Positions 16,400 to 33,900 are shown, numbered from the stretch's first letter. The stretch is 64,000 nt of DNA from the human T2T-CHM13v2.0 reference genome, Homo sapiens (GCF_009914755.1 NC_060927.1); one strand, 5' to 3'. Translations and numbers: made by a program. The notes: generated by a model not told the origin, from the sequence alone.

Positions 16400-16732
16400 T
16401 GAAAAACATAAATTAGTTTTTTCATGGACAAAACTCAACTACAGTGTCTAGGGATACAGATTTAAGTGATAAAATGGGAGAGAGGTGAAGACTGTAAAAG
16501 TCAAGACAATGGATACTTTTGGGAGGAGAGTAGTAGTTGAGAGGAGAGTGGTGGTTGGGAGGAGAATCGTGGTTGACATTGGGATGGGGTGCAGGGAAGG
16601 GGCTTCTGCACAGCTGGTAAGGTTTCAATTATTGGCCTGGGTGTGGCTATAAGGATGCTCACTCCATAATAGTTCATTAAGTTCTGCACTTGTTTTGTGT
16701 AGCTTTATGCATCTTGCTTTAGGATAAAAAGC
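16400..16732 (+). mobile_element. L1ME 3' fragment
   Basis: GGACAAAACTCAACTACAGTG...GGGGCTTCTG...GGCCTGGGTGTGG...TTCATTAAG. Confidence 0.55.
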
Positions 16733-16744
16733 AACTTAAGTGGA

Positions 16745-16950
16745 AGAAACAGCATGTGTTGAGGGCTGCTGTGTGCTAGAGAGTTTTCTGGGCCCTATGG
16801 CAGTGAGTGAGGCTCAATCCTGGCCCTGAAGCTTAGAGTTTAGTGGGAGAGAAAGGTAATTACAGTACCATGATCAGGGATAGACAGGAGCCACATACAG
16901 AAGACTGTCTGGGAGGGATCACCTAACTGGGCCTGGGGGTAGTGGAAGGC
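16745..16950 (-). mobile_element. L2 fragment
   Basis: CCTGGCCCTGAAGCTTAGAGTTTAGTGGGAGA resembles reverse L2 3' region. Confidence 0.5.
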
Positions 16951-17109
16951 TTGCATGGAGCAGCAGGGAGAGGACCTGACAATGTTTAAACACCCACCAC
17001 ACCCCGGCCCATTCTAAAGATACTGGGATGAAATCAACCCTGTGTTGGCTCTAAAAGGGAACCAGAATGGGCTTTTTGGGAGGATGTAGGCAGATAAATT
17101 GTTCACAGG

Positions 17110-17260
17110 CCCTTGCTATGCATTTTACACATCTTCACCTCAGTGTCTCATTACCCATTACTCAGATGTGAGGTAACTGTGGCTTGGAAAGATTAGAAAA
17201 CAACTGGCTCTGTATCAACTGGCCAGGAAATAGAAACGCTGAGTTTTGAATCAAGTGTGC
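17110..17260 (-). mobile_element. MIR fragment
   Basis: CCCATTACTCAGATGTGAGGTAACTGTGGCTTGGAAAGATTA. Confidence 0.55.
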
Positions 17261-17370
17261 ATTCTTTTGCCAGAGAAATAGTGCGTCTAGGGTCCCGGAC
17301 AGGTACAGGTCGTTAGTCTATAGGAGTGAGCAGCCCAGATCATGAGATGAGGAGGATGGCAACAGACAAG

Positions 17371-17381
17371 AAAAAAAAAAA

Positions 17382-17470
<89 letters not shown>
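17371..17470. repeat. Compound microsatellite A11-(TA)22-(CA)13
   Basis: Direct reading. Confidence 0.97.
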
Positions 17471-17830
17471 CAGCCTCTGCCTCTAACCAGATCCTCTGGG
17501 TCTCTGCTCTGTGGGCCATATGGAATCCACACCGGTCATTTCTCTGTGTATTCTCTCACCTCCAAGGATATGGGTGGAGGGCCTTTAAATCTCCTTATGA
17601 AGGAAGGATCCCTTCCTATTGGAGTCAGGGCTGTACATGAAGGCCCCCAGTTCCTCCATGCTAGACACATCCCCAGAAGCAGCACCTAATGGGCAACACT
17701 GCGGAATCATTTTCCACCCAGATCAGGGGCATCCCACGGACACTTATTCCAGAAAACTGAAGCTGGGCCACAAAGAAGGCTCTCATCCTTGCTGCTATTT
17801 GCCCTGGACCACTTCAAAATGTGACACATC

Positions 17831-17917
17831 GGGCTGCAGTGAGCTGAGATTGTGCCACTGTACTCCATCCTGGGTGACAGAGCGAGACCTTGTCTCAGAA
17901 AAAAAAAAAAAAAAAAA
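17831..17917 (+). mobile_element. Heavily 5'-truncated Alu (AluJ-like 3' end) with poly(A)
   Basis: GGCTGCAGTGAGCTGAGATTGTGCCACTG...GACCTTGTCTC + A-tail; diverged 15-bp TSD at 17816-17830 and 17918-17932. Confidence 0.85.
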
Positions 17918-18844
17918 AAAACATGGCACATCCGCTGGGACTATGTTCTGGAGAGGCCCTTGGCTTCAAGAGTGAAATTCTGTGACTTCTCACTTAACAG
18001 TTATAGGAAGTCTTTCACCAAGCAGTGTCATAGGCTGAACATTGATACTACGATCTGCTCAGTAACGAGGAGCAGACCCCACACCTCACAAAGGTCTCGC
18101 AGCCTAGCCTGCCCAGCTGTGATGTCTAGTACCTGCCCACATGTAGCCAGGAAGCATTCATGTGAATGGCTGATAAGAGCGGCCAAGCCAGTGAGACTTT
18201 CTCACTGCACTTGATCACTAAGGGCTGTCCCATTTCTGCATTTCTTCTAATAGCAGTTTATCCAGAGAGACAGAGAGAGGCAGAACATTGGAAACCTGTT
18301 CATTAAGAAGATTTTAGCACGGTGTCAACCCCCGTAAGTCATACGTCCCTAATAAACTTAAAGCTTTTTATCTGTGGAGTAAAACACAAATGGTCACTTA
18401 AAATCTTGAAAAGCATACTTTATATGACAACCAAATCAAGTGTTAATTTGTCTTTCTCTGTCTCCTGGCCAGTCTGGTGCCCCTCCAGCCTTCTCTTTAC
18501 TCCCTTCTACTTTGCCTTCATGATCTTTCTAAAAACCACCACTGCCTTGCTAAGACACATTTTCCAAATCCTCATTTCATCCTTGCCCTGGATTTGCTGG
18601 TGGTAAGGTAATCTAATCATAGCTAACATGTAATGAGCACTTAAATGTTTCAGTGGTATCAATTCATTTAATTTGAGGGATATTGATATACCAGCAATGA
18701 CATTAGAGAGAGATATTAGAAATACTTGAATGAACTTTTAAAAATTTTAGTAGTTACCCATTTATTTTAATGCATAGGAGAAAAGGTGTAACTTACACAT
18801 TAAAACATGACTTCACAGTTGTAAAATGAAATAAAATTATTTTA

Positions 18845-19130
<286 letters not shown>

Positions 19131-19319
19131 TACTTAAGTAAAAGTAAGCTAGTTTAAATAAAAATATTAAGAAAGTGACAGAAGAGGTATGTGAATTTGT
19201 TCATTTACTTAACAAATACTTCCTTTGGGAGACTCCTACCTGGCAGGCATTTCTGTGGAGCCTGCAAATACAACATTGAACAAAGAAGACAAAGACCCTG
19301 GACCTTCAAAAGACCCAAA

Positions 19320-19660
19320 AAAGCCCTTTAAGAAACAAGTTATCCAAATGGCCAATAAACACACGTAAAGGTGCTCAACTTCATTATATGTTGGGGAAAT
19401 GCAAAATTTAAATCCACAGTGAGCTATACCAAGCACCCACCATAATGGCTTAAAAAAAATAAATTTCAAAAGAGATGATACCAGGATTTGGCAAGAATGC
19501 AGAGCAACTGGGAGTTTTGTATATTGCTTGTGGGAGTATAAATTGGTACAGCCTCTTTAGAAAACTATTTGGCAATATCTGCTAAAGCGGGCCCAGTAGT
19601 TCCATTCCTAGTCACCTACCCAGCCGAAAAATACATGTGTTTATTAAAAGACATGTATAA
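19320..19660 (+). mobile_element. L1M ORF2-end/3' fragment
   Basis: CAAATGGCCAATAAACAC...GGGAAATGCAAA...GGGAGTATAAATTGGTACAGCCTCTTTAGAAAAC. Confidence 0.7.
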
Positions 19661-20014
19661 TCTTTGAGCAATAAACAGGTCTCAGAAAATGCTAATTGAA
19701 AGAACTAAAACCTATTCTGGAGCAAAGAAGTAGCAGCGGCAATAAGACATTATCCATGTCCATGAGGATAGTAGATTACTGTCATTGAACACACTTTCTC
19801 TGAGTGTATACTGTGTTCTGGATTTTATGCTGGACGCTTGAAATACAGGACTAAATCCAAGGTGTCCCTTAACCTCTCAGGAACACACAGTCATTCACCT
19901 TACAACCAGAAAAGCTAAGCCTTTTGAACTTTGCTCAAAGAAATTTGGATGAATGAACATCAAGATGGGTAACCTTGGTTTACATTCTATATAAATATGT
20001 TTATGTAAATAGTA

Positions 20015-20145
20015 TCTCTCCATAAGAGTAGGAACTTTGTATTATTTCCTACTATATCCCCCAGAACTAGAGCTGTGTCTGACTCATAGTAGGGGCTCTG
20101 TAAGTATATGCTGTCTGCCTGGTTGGATGGATGGATGGATGGAAA
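20015..20145 (+). mobile_element. L2 3' terminus with (TGGA)n tail
   Basis: CTCCATAAGAGTAGGAAC...CATAGTAGGGGCTC...GGATGGATGG. Confidence 0.65.
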
Positions 20146-20979
20146 TGAACAGGGATGAGAAGAGCTCCAGAATCTGCAGACAAACTGCCCCCGCAGGAGA
20201 CAGGGGACTCCCACCATATAAAGGAATATTCCACAGAAGAGTCTGACAAACCCTACTTAGCAGGGTTGTCTGCCAAGGACACTCACCAGCAGTTGGAATT
20301 GTTACAATCAACCATGGAGGTTTTTATTTTTTTCACTTCAGACATAGATTAATATTTCAGGAGAACAAGGTTCTAATTTACAACCAAGACCTTTGGTTTA
20401 ATCAGCAAAGGAAAAAACGTCTGGGAACATTATTGCCTCACTCATGTTTTCCCATTGCCTTCCTGGCTGGGTTTACCTTTTTGGCCTTTAATTATTCCAT
20501 TCTCTCACATGGCTTTATCTCAGACACTTCGGGATGAAAATGTGATTTGCCATTTAGAGGTTTCAGCAAAAATCACACTCAAGTCAGCAAATTGAGAGCC
20601 TGATAAAGCAACAGAGGGTTGGGGCAAGGCTTTGAAAGGATGTCTTTAAAGTGTTTTTAATTAAATCTGTGTTATTATTTAGGATAGTCAAGAATCATTT
20701 ACAGGCAATATAGGGTCTCTTTGGAATCTCAGTCATGCTGTTCTTATAACTGTAGCATTAGTCATGCAACCTAAGGGCAATGTGACAAGTTTGCTTCTTC
20801 AGCCAAATATTTGTGAGTAGCACCTACTGTGTATACCTACCTTATACTAGGCATGAACCAGGTTCTGTGGGCCGTCACCAAGAAATACTTGGCAAAGCTG
20901 TCCTATCATGTCAGGGGCTGGACAACATAACCAGGTCATAATATAACAGAAGGGGGAAGGAGAGGGTCAAAGGCACAAA

Positions 20980-21140
20980 CATCACCTAAGCCTCTCTGTG
21001 CTAGGATCTGCTCTACGAGCTTTGCCTACATTTACTCTTTTATTCGTCACAGCAGTCTGTGAAGAGGAATCATTATTCCATGTCATAGATGGGAGACCTA
21101 TGAGAATTGAAATGGCTTATCTTAGCCATACAGCTCATTA
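20980..21140 (-). mobile_element. MIR fragment
   Basis: TTTATTCGTCACAGCAG...ATTATTCCATGTCATAGATGGGAGACC. Confidence 0.5.
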
Positions 21141-21743
21141 ACCGGTCTCTCTAAAAACCTACTCTTACTAGGGCATATCTTGATGCCAACCTTTTAGACC
21201 ACGTTGAAGGGTGTTATTAGAACCAATTCCCCAAATTCATTATTAGATTAATAAAGGGTGATGTTGAGGACAGAGCTGTCCACATCACAGAATGTCTTTT
21301 TTTGAAAACCCACAGAAGGATTTCTATCTGGACTCCATACAAGAAAAAAATCTGTTTTTCTTTAACAACAGATAACTTTTAATTTTATGGACATAATAAG
21401 ACAATATTACATCAAGTTTCCTTTTGTATTGGCTGCTACAAAGCTTAGAACCAATTGTGTGACCCTCTGCTAAAGAATATAAACTCTGTCATCATACATT
21501 CAGGGTGCAAAGCATATACACCTCCTTCAAGGGTTCATCTTAACATTCCCTCTTAGTCTGCATTCCCAAAAAGCAAAGCCCAGTGCAAAAGTTTATGACG
21601 TTCTCCTTCACAATAAAGATCACAAGCCCAGGGAGAGGACTGTGAGAGGTAAGAGAATGAGGGAGGTAAACAAAAGGGTAGGTTATCAAGCCGGATACCT
21701 CTTCTGATCAAGTTCAGCTGATTGCTCTTCCAAAGCAATTATT

Positions 21744-25444
<3,701 letters not shown>

Positions 25445-26314
25445 AAGACATTTTCTAATAATCTAAAGCAATTACTAACTAAAAATAATTAACTATTGTG
25501 TCTTGTGTGAGAAGAGAAAGAGAGAAGAGTTTATCCACTGGCGCCGGTCTCCAATCAGCCCAAGATTTTTTCCAGGAGCATTCATTCCCCTGCATACCTG
25601 AGTGGCAGGGGCATGAATTCTGCCACTCTTCAGGGACAATCAGGGAGCCCCCCTAATGGAGTGAGGTGCTGTTGGGTTGCACCTTTGGGAAGGCCATCCC
25701 TGGGCAGCAGCTGGGTGAACCACACAGAGTATTTGCCATGAAGGCAGCCAGTGCCAAGTGGCTATGCCCTCACCTTTCCTGCCCCAGATGGTGCCGAGCT
25801 CAGAGGGGAGCCCAGAGACATGTATGATACATCCAGTTTCCCTTCCATGACTACTATTTCTTTTTAAAAGAAATCTTGTATTGATTTTATTTTCACACGC
25901 CATATGCAGTTTTGGTGGGTCAAGGTACAAATAAAATTAAACAATTATTTGTTTTGTGCTAATTCACTCTCTTTAATGAAAGTTGTATCCTCAAGGCATC
26001 CCTTCTCTTTTATCCCCTGGAGTGACCCAGAGTGGCTAAAGTGGGTACCTGAGGATGTCTTGTCACAACCACTAGCTGTTGTCACCACCTCTTTACCACA
26101 CTTGAATGGAATGTCTCAGGCCAAGTGTAAAGATTTTGTCTCCTGAAGGATTTCCTCTCAGCCTTGGTTACTATTGTCATTGGAAATCCAAGATTGTACA
26201 AAGACAGCATGCCTTTGGAATCCCCAGCACTGAGCACTCTGTCTGGCATTGTGAGCACTTGAATGTTTTTTTTTTTTTTCACTAAACCAAATAATTAACA
26301 ATCATTATATCAAA

Positions 26315-26388
26315 ATAATAACCACTTATTGAGCATTTACTATATGCCCAACAGTGCACTGGCTGGTTTGCCTTGTTTAATCTTCACA
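26315..26388 (-). mobile_element. MIR 3'-end fragment truncated at the inverted-repeat arm
   Basis: CTTATTGAGCATTTACTATATGCC...TTTAATCTTCAC. Confidence 0.55.
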
Positions 26389-26543
26389 CGACTCAACTAT
26401 TACCAGCTGTGGCTCAGTAATATAATCTGATGAGAAAACCTACTTTCTATGGTTATAAATTTTGCTAGAAATAATTCATATACCTGACTCTGAAAAGCAG
26501 GGAGCTTCCACTAACCCACTATGGAGCCCTTACAGAGTTTGTC
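26386..26543 (+). repeat. Inverted repeat, left arm (158 bp)
   Basis: Reverse complement of 28783-28940; ungapped, 144/158 identical by manual alignment. Confidence 0.95.
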
Positions 26544-27087
26544 ATCTGAAGACGCTTCTCTTTCTCTTGACTCCCTTGGTCTCAAGGTTTGCCTTTTCAA
26601 CTGCATGAGCCACAGCCCCATCTACTGACTGTAATAAAAATAATCTACCTTTCTGGAATTCAGCAGCAAGGCAGACTTGAATTACTTACTGTCTTCAAGG
26701 ACCCCAATGTGTAATTAGTTTGATTGGACCTTATAATTAAATGGTCAGCCAAGGACATGGGAGGATGCCTTTGGCTTGGGCATTCTTTTCTTTTTCTGGG
26801 CTGAGAATTGTAACCTAAGAAACAAAGGCCCACCTGGGTGCTGAGCTGCCCAATGGCCTGGGATACAGAGGGAGCATTTGGAGATAGTGAGGCTGCTCTT
26901 TATGCAGGACAGCTCTGCTCACTGACAGAATTGCCTATGGTGTAGGCAGGGGGTGGTAAAAATCACCCCATCCTCAAATACTTCTCACTGAGCTTCTCTG
27001 ATTGCCCTGCCCTGATACCTGAAGTTCTGCCTCTTGTTATGCATGGGATACAGGTACCTAATAACCCTATAAAAATGCAAAGGTTCT

Positions 27088-27425
<338 letters not shown>

Positions 27426-27949
27426 TCATGGGGAGCTCAGGGCTCCCAAGTGGGGTTTCAGAAATTCAGAGTCAGCTTGTAAGCCTTGAGGACTTTGGAA
27501 ACAAGTATCTTTTCTTTTGTCCACTCGGTATAACACTCAGGCATTTCTTCTACTTGACTGTCAGAGGCTGGTCCAAAAAGCAGCCTTATTGGCAATTGTT
27601 TAAAGATCCAGAAAATATCTGGGTAATATATAGGACCCAGAAAGAAAGACTTACTTCAAAATTAGGAATGCACTCAGAATATCTGTGAGGGAAGGACAAA
27701 CTTTCTGATATGAGCAATCCCATCATGGAACCAAAGTAAACCATTCAAGCAGGATTCTACAGTCATGAATGTAAAACAAGGATTATACTAAAGGACAAGA
27801 AATTGGGATGTTTCTGAATCAGAGGAGTGTTGGACCTGTCTATTCTTTGCCTGTGTTTGATTAGTGTTGTGTTTTTATTGTTGGTTTGGTTTTCGTGTTT
27901 GCTCAGTTGGCTGGAAAAGCCAGCCAAGGAAGAAGTACCTCCTAGAGTT

Positions 27950-28110
27950 AGGAAAGCTGGGCTCTGGTCCCAGTCCCCCAACCTCATAAGCTGCCTCTGA
28001 TAAAATCATTGTACTTCTTCTGGCCTTACTTTTTTCATTTGTAGAACGCATATTATACCCACTCATCCTCCCAGGGAGACTGAGGAGAAAATGGAATATT
28101 GTGGGGGTAC
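27950..28110 (+). mobile_element. MIR/MIR3 fragment
   Basis: CTGGGCTCTGGTCCCAG...TTTTTCATTTGTAGAA...TGAGGAGAAAATG. Confidence 0.45.
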
Positions 28111-28782
28111 TTTGAAAATAATAAAGTATTATTTTATTAATGGAAAATGATTAGTGCTGTTGCCATTAACCATGGCTATTAAGAATCTATTAATACAAAT
28201 TAACCCTAAATCTGAGAAATGGAGTATAAATAAATAAATAATACCTCAATTAACAGGTTTAAATAATTTAAATCATTATGATTGAGTACCAGTCTTGTTC
28301 CTCTCACTTCTAGTTGAGTGTTCGGGTGAAGGGAAGGAACCCCTGACACTGTTTAATGGAGCGAATCTTGCTGTTGAGAGAGCCAGCCCTTCACTTAACA
28401 CACATGGTGCCCAAGTTACCTCATTCCCAAATCAGTCACTCTCGCTCCCTCCACCCACCTTGCTCTTGTTCTCTTTCTCTCTCTCCTGCATACTTTCTAG
28501 CTTGCCAATAATTAAGTTCCTGAAATTCCATCGCTTCCTCATTAAGCTAAGGGATAAAAAAGATTCAGTTCAGATGTTTGCAAAAGCAGCCCTGGTCACT
28601 CTAATGCTCTTTGGAGGCTGTTGGCTTCAATGGCCACCACACAAGGATAACTTCCTCATACCAGTCCTCCTGCAAACTAGCTTTCTCCTGCCTAGCCTGA
28701 AGGCTAGATGCAGGAAGGAGGGGCACCCTTGCGTCCTTAGGGATTAAATGAAATCCTTCAGGAGGCCTCGGCTCCTCTCCCA

Positions 28783-28940
28783 GACAAACTCTGTAAGAGC
28801 TCCACAGTGGGTTAATGGGAGCTCCATGCTTTTCAGAGTCAGTTGTATGAATTTTTTCTAGCAAAATTTATAACCATAGAAAGCAGATTTTCTCATCAGA
28901 TTATGTAACTGAGCCACAGCTGGTAAGAGTTGAGTTGTGT
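28783..28940 (-). repeat. Inverted repeat, right arm (158 bp)
   Basis: Reverse complement of 26386-26543. Confidence 0.95.
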
Positions 28941-29085
28941 TTCCCAAGGCCCTCCCCCATCCCAGTGTCTAGTTCCATTTGACCTACAAGAATCCTTACA
29001 CAGACACTCTATCTAAATTCTCATCCAATAAATGATTGTTTTTCTTTTTCTTTCTTGAGTGATAGTACTGCTTAGTGGTTTAGAG

Positions 29086-29245
29086 CAGAACTTCTCAAAC
29101 TTTAATGTGCATGTTAATTGCCTGGAGAACTTGTTAAGATTCAGATTCAGAAGGCCTGGGGTGGAGTCTATGATTCTACATTTCTAACCAGCTCCCAAGG
29201 GATGCCTGTGCTGCTGGTTCATGGCCCACAGTTCAAACAGCAAGG
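29086..29245. mobile_element. MER5A1-like hAT-Charlie MITE inserted into a MIR
   Basis: CAGAACTTCTCAAACTTTAATGTGCAT...CATTTCTAACCAGCTCCCA...CAGCAAGG. Confidence 0.75.
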
Positions 29246-29425
29246 CTGTAGACACAAACTCATTGTGTGACCTTGGACATGTTATTCCACCTCTCTGAGC
29301 TTCAGTCTATTTGTAAAATGGAGAAAATAATAGTAATACCTCCAAGAATTATTGGGAGAATAGGCAATGCAAAGATCTTAGCCCAGGGTATGGCACAAAA
29401 TGTATGAAAGCAGGCTGTGTTTATG
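29246..29425 (+). mobile_element. MIR
   Basis: TGTGTGACCTTGGACATGTTATTCCACCTCTCTGAGCTTCAGTCTATTTGTAAAATGGAG. Confidence 0.8.
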
Positions 29426-30132
29426 GTGGTGGTGGGTGAAGGGTAAAATAAAAAAAAGGGAACCTTCTCCCAAGTGGGCCTTTCCCCAGGGAGATGTCTC
29501 AGAGACTCAGAAGGGCACATCTTTCAGGCTCAGCACTGTCTGACCTGAAAGTCAACTAATTCTACACCTCTAAATGGAGCAAATTGTAGCAAATGAACAC
29601 AGGCTTGTGGGGCTGAGCAGTGAAGGATGCAGGCCTGTTTGCATACAGGGTGGACAGAGGGCAGCTACTGACCCCTGTACCCCACAGTTCACTGTGAAGG
29701 CAATCAGGAATTGAGCCCTTATTAAACAGCTTGGGGAGTCTTAGGCATGCAGAAGCCACCAAGCAGAGGTGGTCTTTGGTTATCCTGTGTGTGGTCAGCC
29801 CAGCACTTTTAAACACCTTTTGGAAGATGAGCTTTTTGTTTGTTTGTCTAAAGTAATCGTGAATTACACATATTGATAAACACTCTTCAAAATACTGAGA
29901 GAATCAGAAATCAGAACACATTGTGCCTGGCATCTATGAAGAATTTCAGGGCAGGGGATGGGGTGCAGTGGAGTGTGGAGCTGGCCTTGGAAAGCTGATT
30001 GGTCAGGAGAAGTGGAAGAAGGAGATGAGACAGCAGAGCAGAAGTGGCGTACACAAAGTCTAGTATAAAAGGGGAACATTGAGGAAATCAGTTTGTGTAG
30101 AGAAGCAAGGATTGTGTGTTGAGCAAGATGAG

Positions 30133-30962
30133 TGTGTTGGTTTCCTATTGCAACCATATAATATACCACATATGTAGTGACTTCAACATAAGTTTATTAT
30201 CTTACAATCTTGGAGGTCAGATGTCTGAAATGGGTCTCCGGGGCTAAAATCAATCAAAGTATTGGGAAGGCTGTGCTCCTTCTGGAGGCCCTAGAAGAGC
30301 TTCTGTTTCCTTCTACTTTACAGTTTACAACACGCCATGGCTTATAGCCCCTTTCATCTTTAAGGTCAGCCACTGCATTATTCAACCTCTTCTTCATTCA
30401 TCACATCATGTCTGGCTCTCCTGCCTCCCTCTTTAATTGTGAGGACCTTTGTGTAGCATTGGACCCACCTAAATGGTCCAGGATACTCTCCCCATCTCAA
30501 GATTCTTCATTTAATCACTTCTGAAAAGTCCTTTTTGCTGTTTAAGTACAGTCATGTGCCACATAATCACATTTCAGTCAATGATAGACTGCATATAGGA
30601 AGGTAGTCCCATGAGATTATAATACTGCATCACCATTTTACATTTTTTATATTTACTTGTGTCTAAATAAACACATACTTACCATCATGTTACATCTGCC
30701 TACAGTATTTGGTACAGTAACATCCTGTACAGGTCCATAGCCTAGGAGCAATAGGCTGTACCATAGAGCCTAGGTGTGTAGTGGGCTATGCCGTCTAGGT
30801 TTGTGTGAGTGCACTCTATGATGTTCGACAATGAAGAAATAACCGAAGGACGCATTTCTTAGAATGTGTCCTTGTTGCTAAGCGATGCATGACTGTAACA
30901 TATTCACAGGTTTCAGAGATTAGGACATGAACCTATAAGGGGGCCATTATCCTGACAACACA
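30133..30962 (-). mobile_element. MLT1D-like solo LTR, split by Tigger3a
   Basis: GGAGGTCAGATGTCTGAAATGGGTCTC...CCCCATCTCAAGATTCTT...ACATATTCACAGGTTTC. Confidence 0.8.
30549..30895. mobile_element. Tigger3a (MER7A)-like TcMar-Tigger MITE, 347 bp
   Basis: TIRs CAGTCATG...CATGACTG; TA TSD at 30547-30548 and 30896-30897. Confidence 0.85.
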
Positions 30963-33900
30963 ATAGGAATGCTCTTAATGAGCCAGCTCTCCAGGATGTT
31001 GTTAGAAATTCAACTTTTTAAGAAAATTTCTTAAAAGGAACAAAATTATTATCCAACAGTTAAAGACAGAAGAAAAAAGAATTTTTCTTGATTCGGCTAT
31101 AGCCCCTGGTTTATAAGTAGAAGTTTACCCTCACATGAGGACCTAGGACCCACAGTATGTGGCATAGTGGTGGGGTCTCCTTCCAAGGGGGCTCCTTAGG
31201 AAGAACTGCAGGAAAGACAGTTACAGGTGATGAGGACCTTTGAGAGCCTGCCATCTTCAGCCTCCCCTTTCTCTTCTCAAAACTGCCCTCCCTTTAGCAG
31301 ATAAAGCCACAAAATCCCTTAGAATCTCAGGCATAAGAATCAATGCCCTCTAAAATAGTCTTCAGTCTGAGCACCTCATCCACGTCTGCCAGATCACTAG
31401 AGAGGGAGCCTACAAGGCTTTGCCAGGCAGTTCTGAGGCTCCAGCTCTTAGCTTTCTCTGTGTGGAGCAGGGCGCCTGATACATGGCAGGCTCCATGCAT
31501 ATTTAGTTAACAGATGAATGAATGAATGAGGTTTATGGACCTTTTCATGAGAGCCTTTATTGTCATTAACAAGGGGTCCTTCTTGAAAAATAGCACTTTC
31601 TGAACACATAGAACATCTTACAAATTACTAATATTATATACGATTCAAGGAATATTTTTCTCATGCCAAAAAAAAAAAGGTGGTGCTCCACTATTCTGGC
31701 CACTGCTTTTTCTGTCATAGTGAGTAATGGTATCAAATGCAGTGAACACTCTGCATTTTTATGCCCCTAGCCCTGTATTTGAGAGCCATAGTGGGGAACA
31801 AGAGAAGACCAAAACAGAGTCCTGGACTCTGAGGCCTTCCCAGTCTTGTTCTAAGACTGTATAATCTGGTTCCTGAACAGTGCAGGTTGGATGGAAGTCA
31901 TCAGGAAGAATGAGCCACACTGATCTCAGTAAACAAGGGAGGCCATTTATATTCACATTTTCTTACATCCACAGTCACACCAAAGCTTGGAACCAGCACA
32001 TGCTTTGCCTGTAATTGGCACTCACAAAGTCTATCCTAGGTGATTAATCAGAACCTAGCATGAAAGTATAAGGACTATTCCACCTTCTCTCCAGAGCCAG
32101 AGAAAGGTGGTAGGAGGAACGCTTTTGTGTTTGTGGCATTTGTTTTGTTTTGATTTTTTGGGGGAGGGGAAAGAGTATTACTGGATTTCAGTCAGTTTCC
32201 AGAGCTTTATATGAGACCAAAACTCAAGTGAAAATTCCGCTTGGCAAATATCCGTAACAGCCTGTGCTTAAGATCTTAGATATCCTAATGGATTTAAAAC
32301 TGCAACTGTTCTTCAAATATTTCTACAAATTCCCCCAAACTTAACAGACTGACTCGTAGTTCAAAGAAAGTATCTTTTTTTTTTGCTGTGGAATTCCAAG
32401 CTGAGACAACCTGTTGACAAGCCTTCTCTCGAGGTCCCTGTGAAATGCAAATTGGCCCTTCTGCAGAAATCATTCTACAAGGGGAGCAGGTGGTCCAGAT
32501 GTGGCTGGAATGGGTTTGTCTTTTCTAGAGCAATGATGTGATGTTCATGGCATGACCCCACTGATGGCCTTTAATTTCATTCAGTGGCTCTGAATTCCAC
32601 CAGATCAAGATTGGTCTGGGAAGTCCCTGTGGTGAAAGGTCTGTACTGGGGCTCCATTATAAATGCACATTGTTCTTCTCTGCCACTCCCCCACAGAGCA
32701 ATCAGATACACACACAGGCAGCCATGTGGTTGAAGGAGAGTCCCGTTACCATAGAGCTGCTGGTTTACAGAGCCAGTAGCTGAGGCAGTCCCCAGTGAGC
32801 TCTGAGATGTGGGACATGCTTTCTCGCCAGCACGTGCTGTTTTTTTGTATGTGGAAACACTTACCCAATTCCATTCAAGACCAGTTCAGTTCACTTCTCC
32901 AAAGGAGCAACATTTATAATTGAATTATTTAGGGAAGGTTTATTTACCATCACTGAGATATGAGATATGTCAACTAAATTATAATTATGTTTCTCTTAAG
33001 ACATCCACTGAGATTACTCTGTTATTTTTTTAAACTTGCAAGGAGGATTCCACCTCTGTTCTCCTAGAGACAGGCTGTGTTTACAGATGGCCAGCCTCGA
33101 TATTCTGAGTGGCAGAATGAAAAATTAATTTTCTTCAACTACATTACTGAGTAGTTAACTGCATCTCAGCAACCTATTTGTTTAATACACTGGAGTCCTC
33201 TTCAAAGAGCCTATGATTTATTCTCACCTTTGCCAAGAACTTCTTTCGAACACACACTCCTGAGGACAGGAAACAGGATTTCTGGGCTCCATCCCTGCCA
33301 CTAACAAGCTGTTTTATCTTGAGCGAGTCACTGGCAGTCTCTGAGCCACAGAAAAACTGGCCTCATAATCTGGGAGATCCTCCCACCTACTCTTCTGCAG
33401 CTGCCCACAAATGCCGGAATCCGTGGTGAGAAGAGTTTTGTGTAATCACTCTCTGCTATTTATCTGCCTAGGAAAGAATGAAAGGAGAAATTAAGCATGG
33501 AAAGAAACATTTTGCATGAAGTATTCTCTCTCTCATTCCTCCCATTAATCTTTGCTTCCCCTGGCAAGTCCTTAAGAAGCAGGGAAAGCCATGTCAGGAG
33601 ATGCCTCCCTCCTTCTGCCCATTCTTCTCTTTGCCTGAGTCCTCTGGGATCATTTCTTTTTCTCCTTTACACAGCATGAATATTCCCCTGCCTCTCTTTC
33701 GTCACACTCCCCTCCTTATGATGCTGCCCTGGAACCCCAGGGTCCTTCAAGCCCTCCCCTCACCTTCTCTTTGGGATGGTAATTTAGCACTAGGTACCCA
33801 GGATTTGATCCCGTTGTGGCTAAAAGGCTCGGTGCCCAGTAACAGAGTAAGAGCCTGGGAGGACAGGTGGGGCTCTGCAGAACATGACCACCATTCATCG

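Noticed and set aside
28295-28747. 150-aa + strand ORF
   Set aside because: Non-ATG start, no recognisable domain or calsyntenin similarity, no convincing exon signals.
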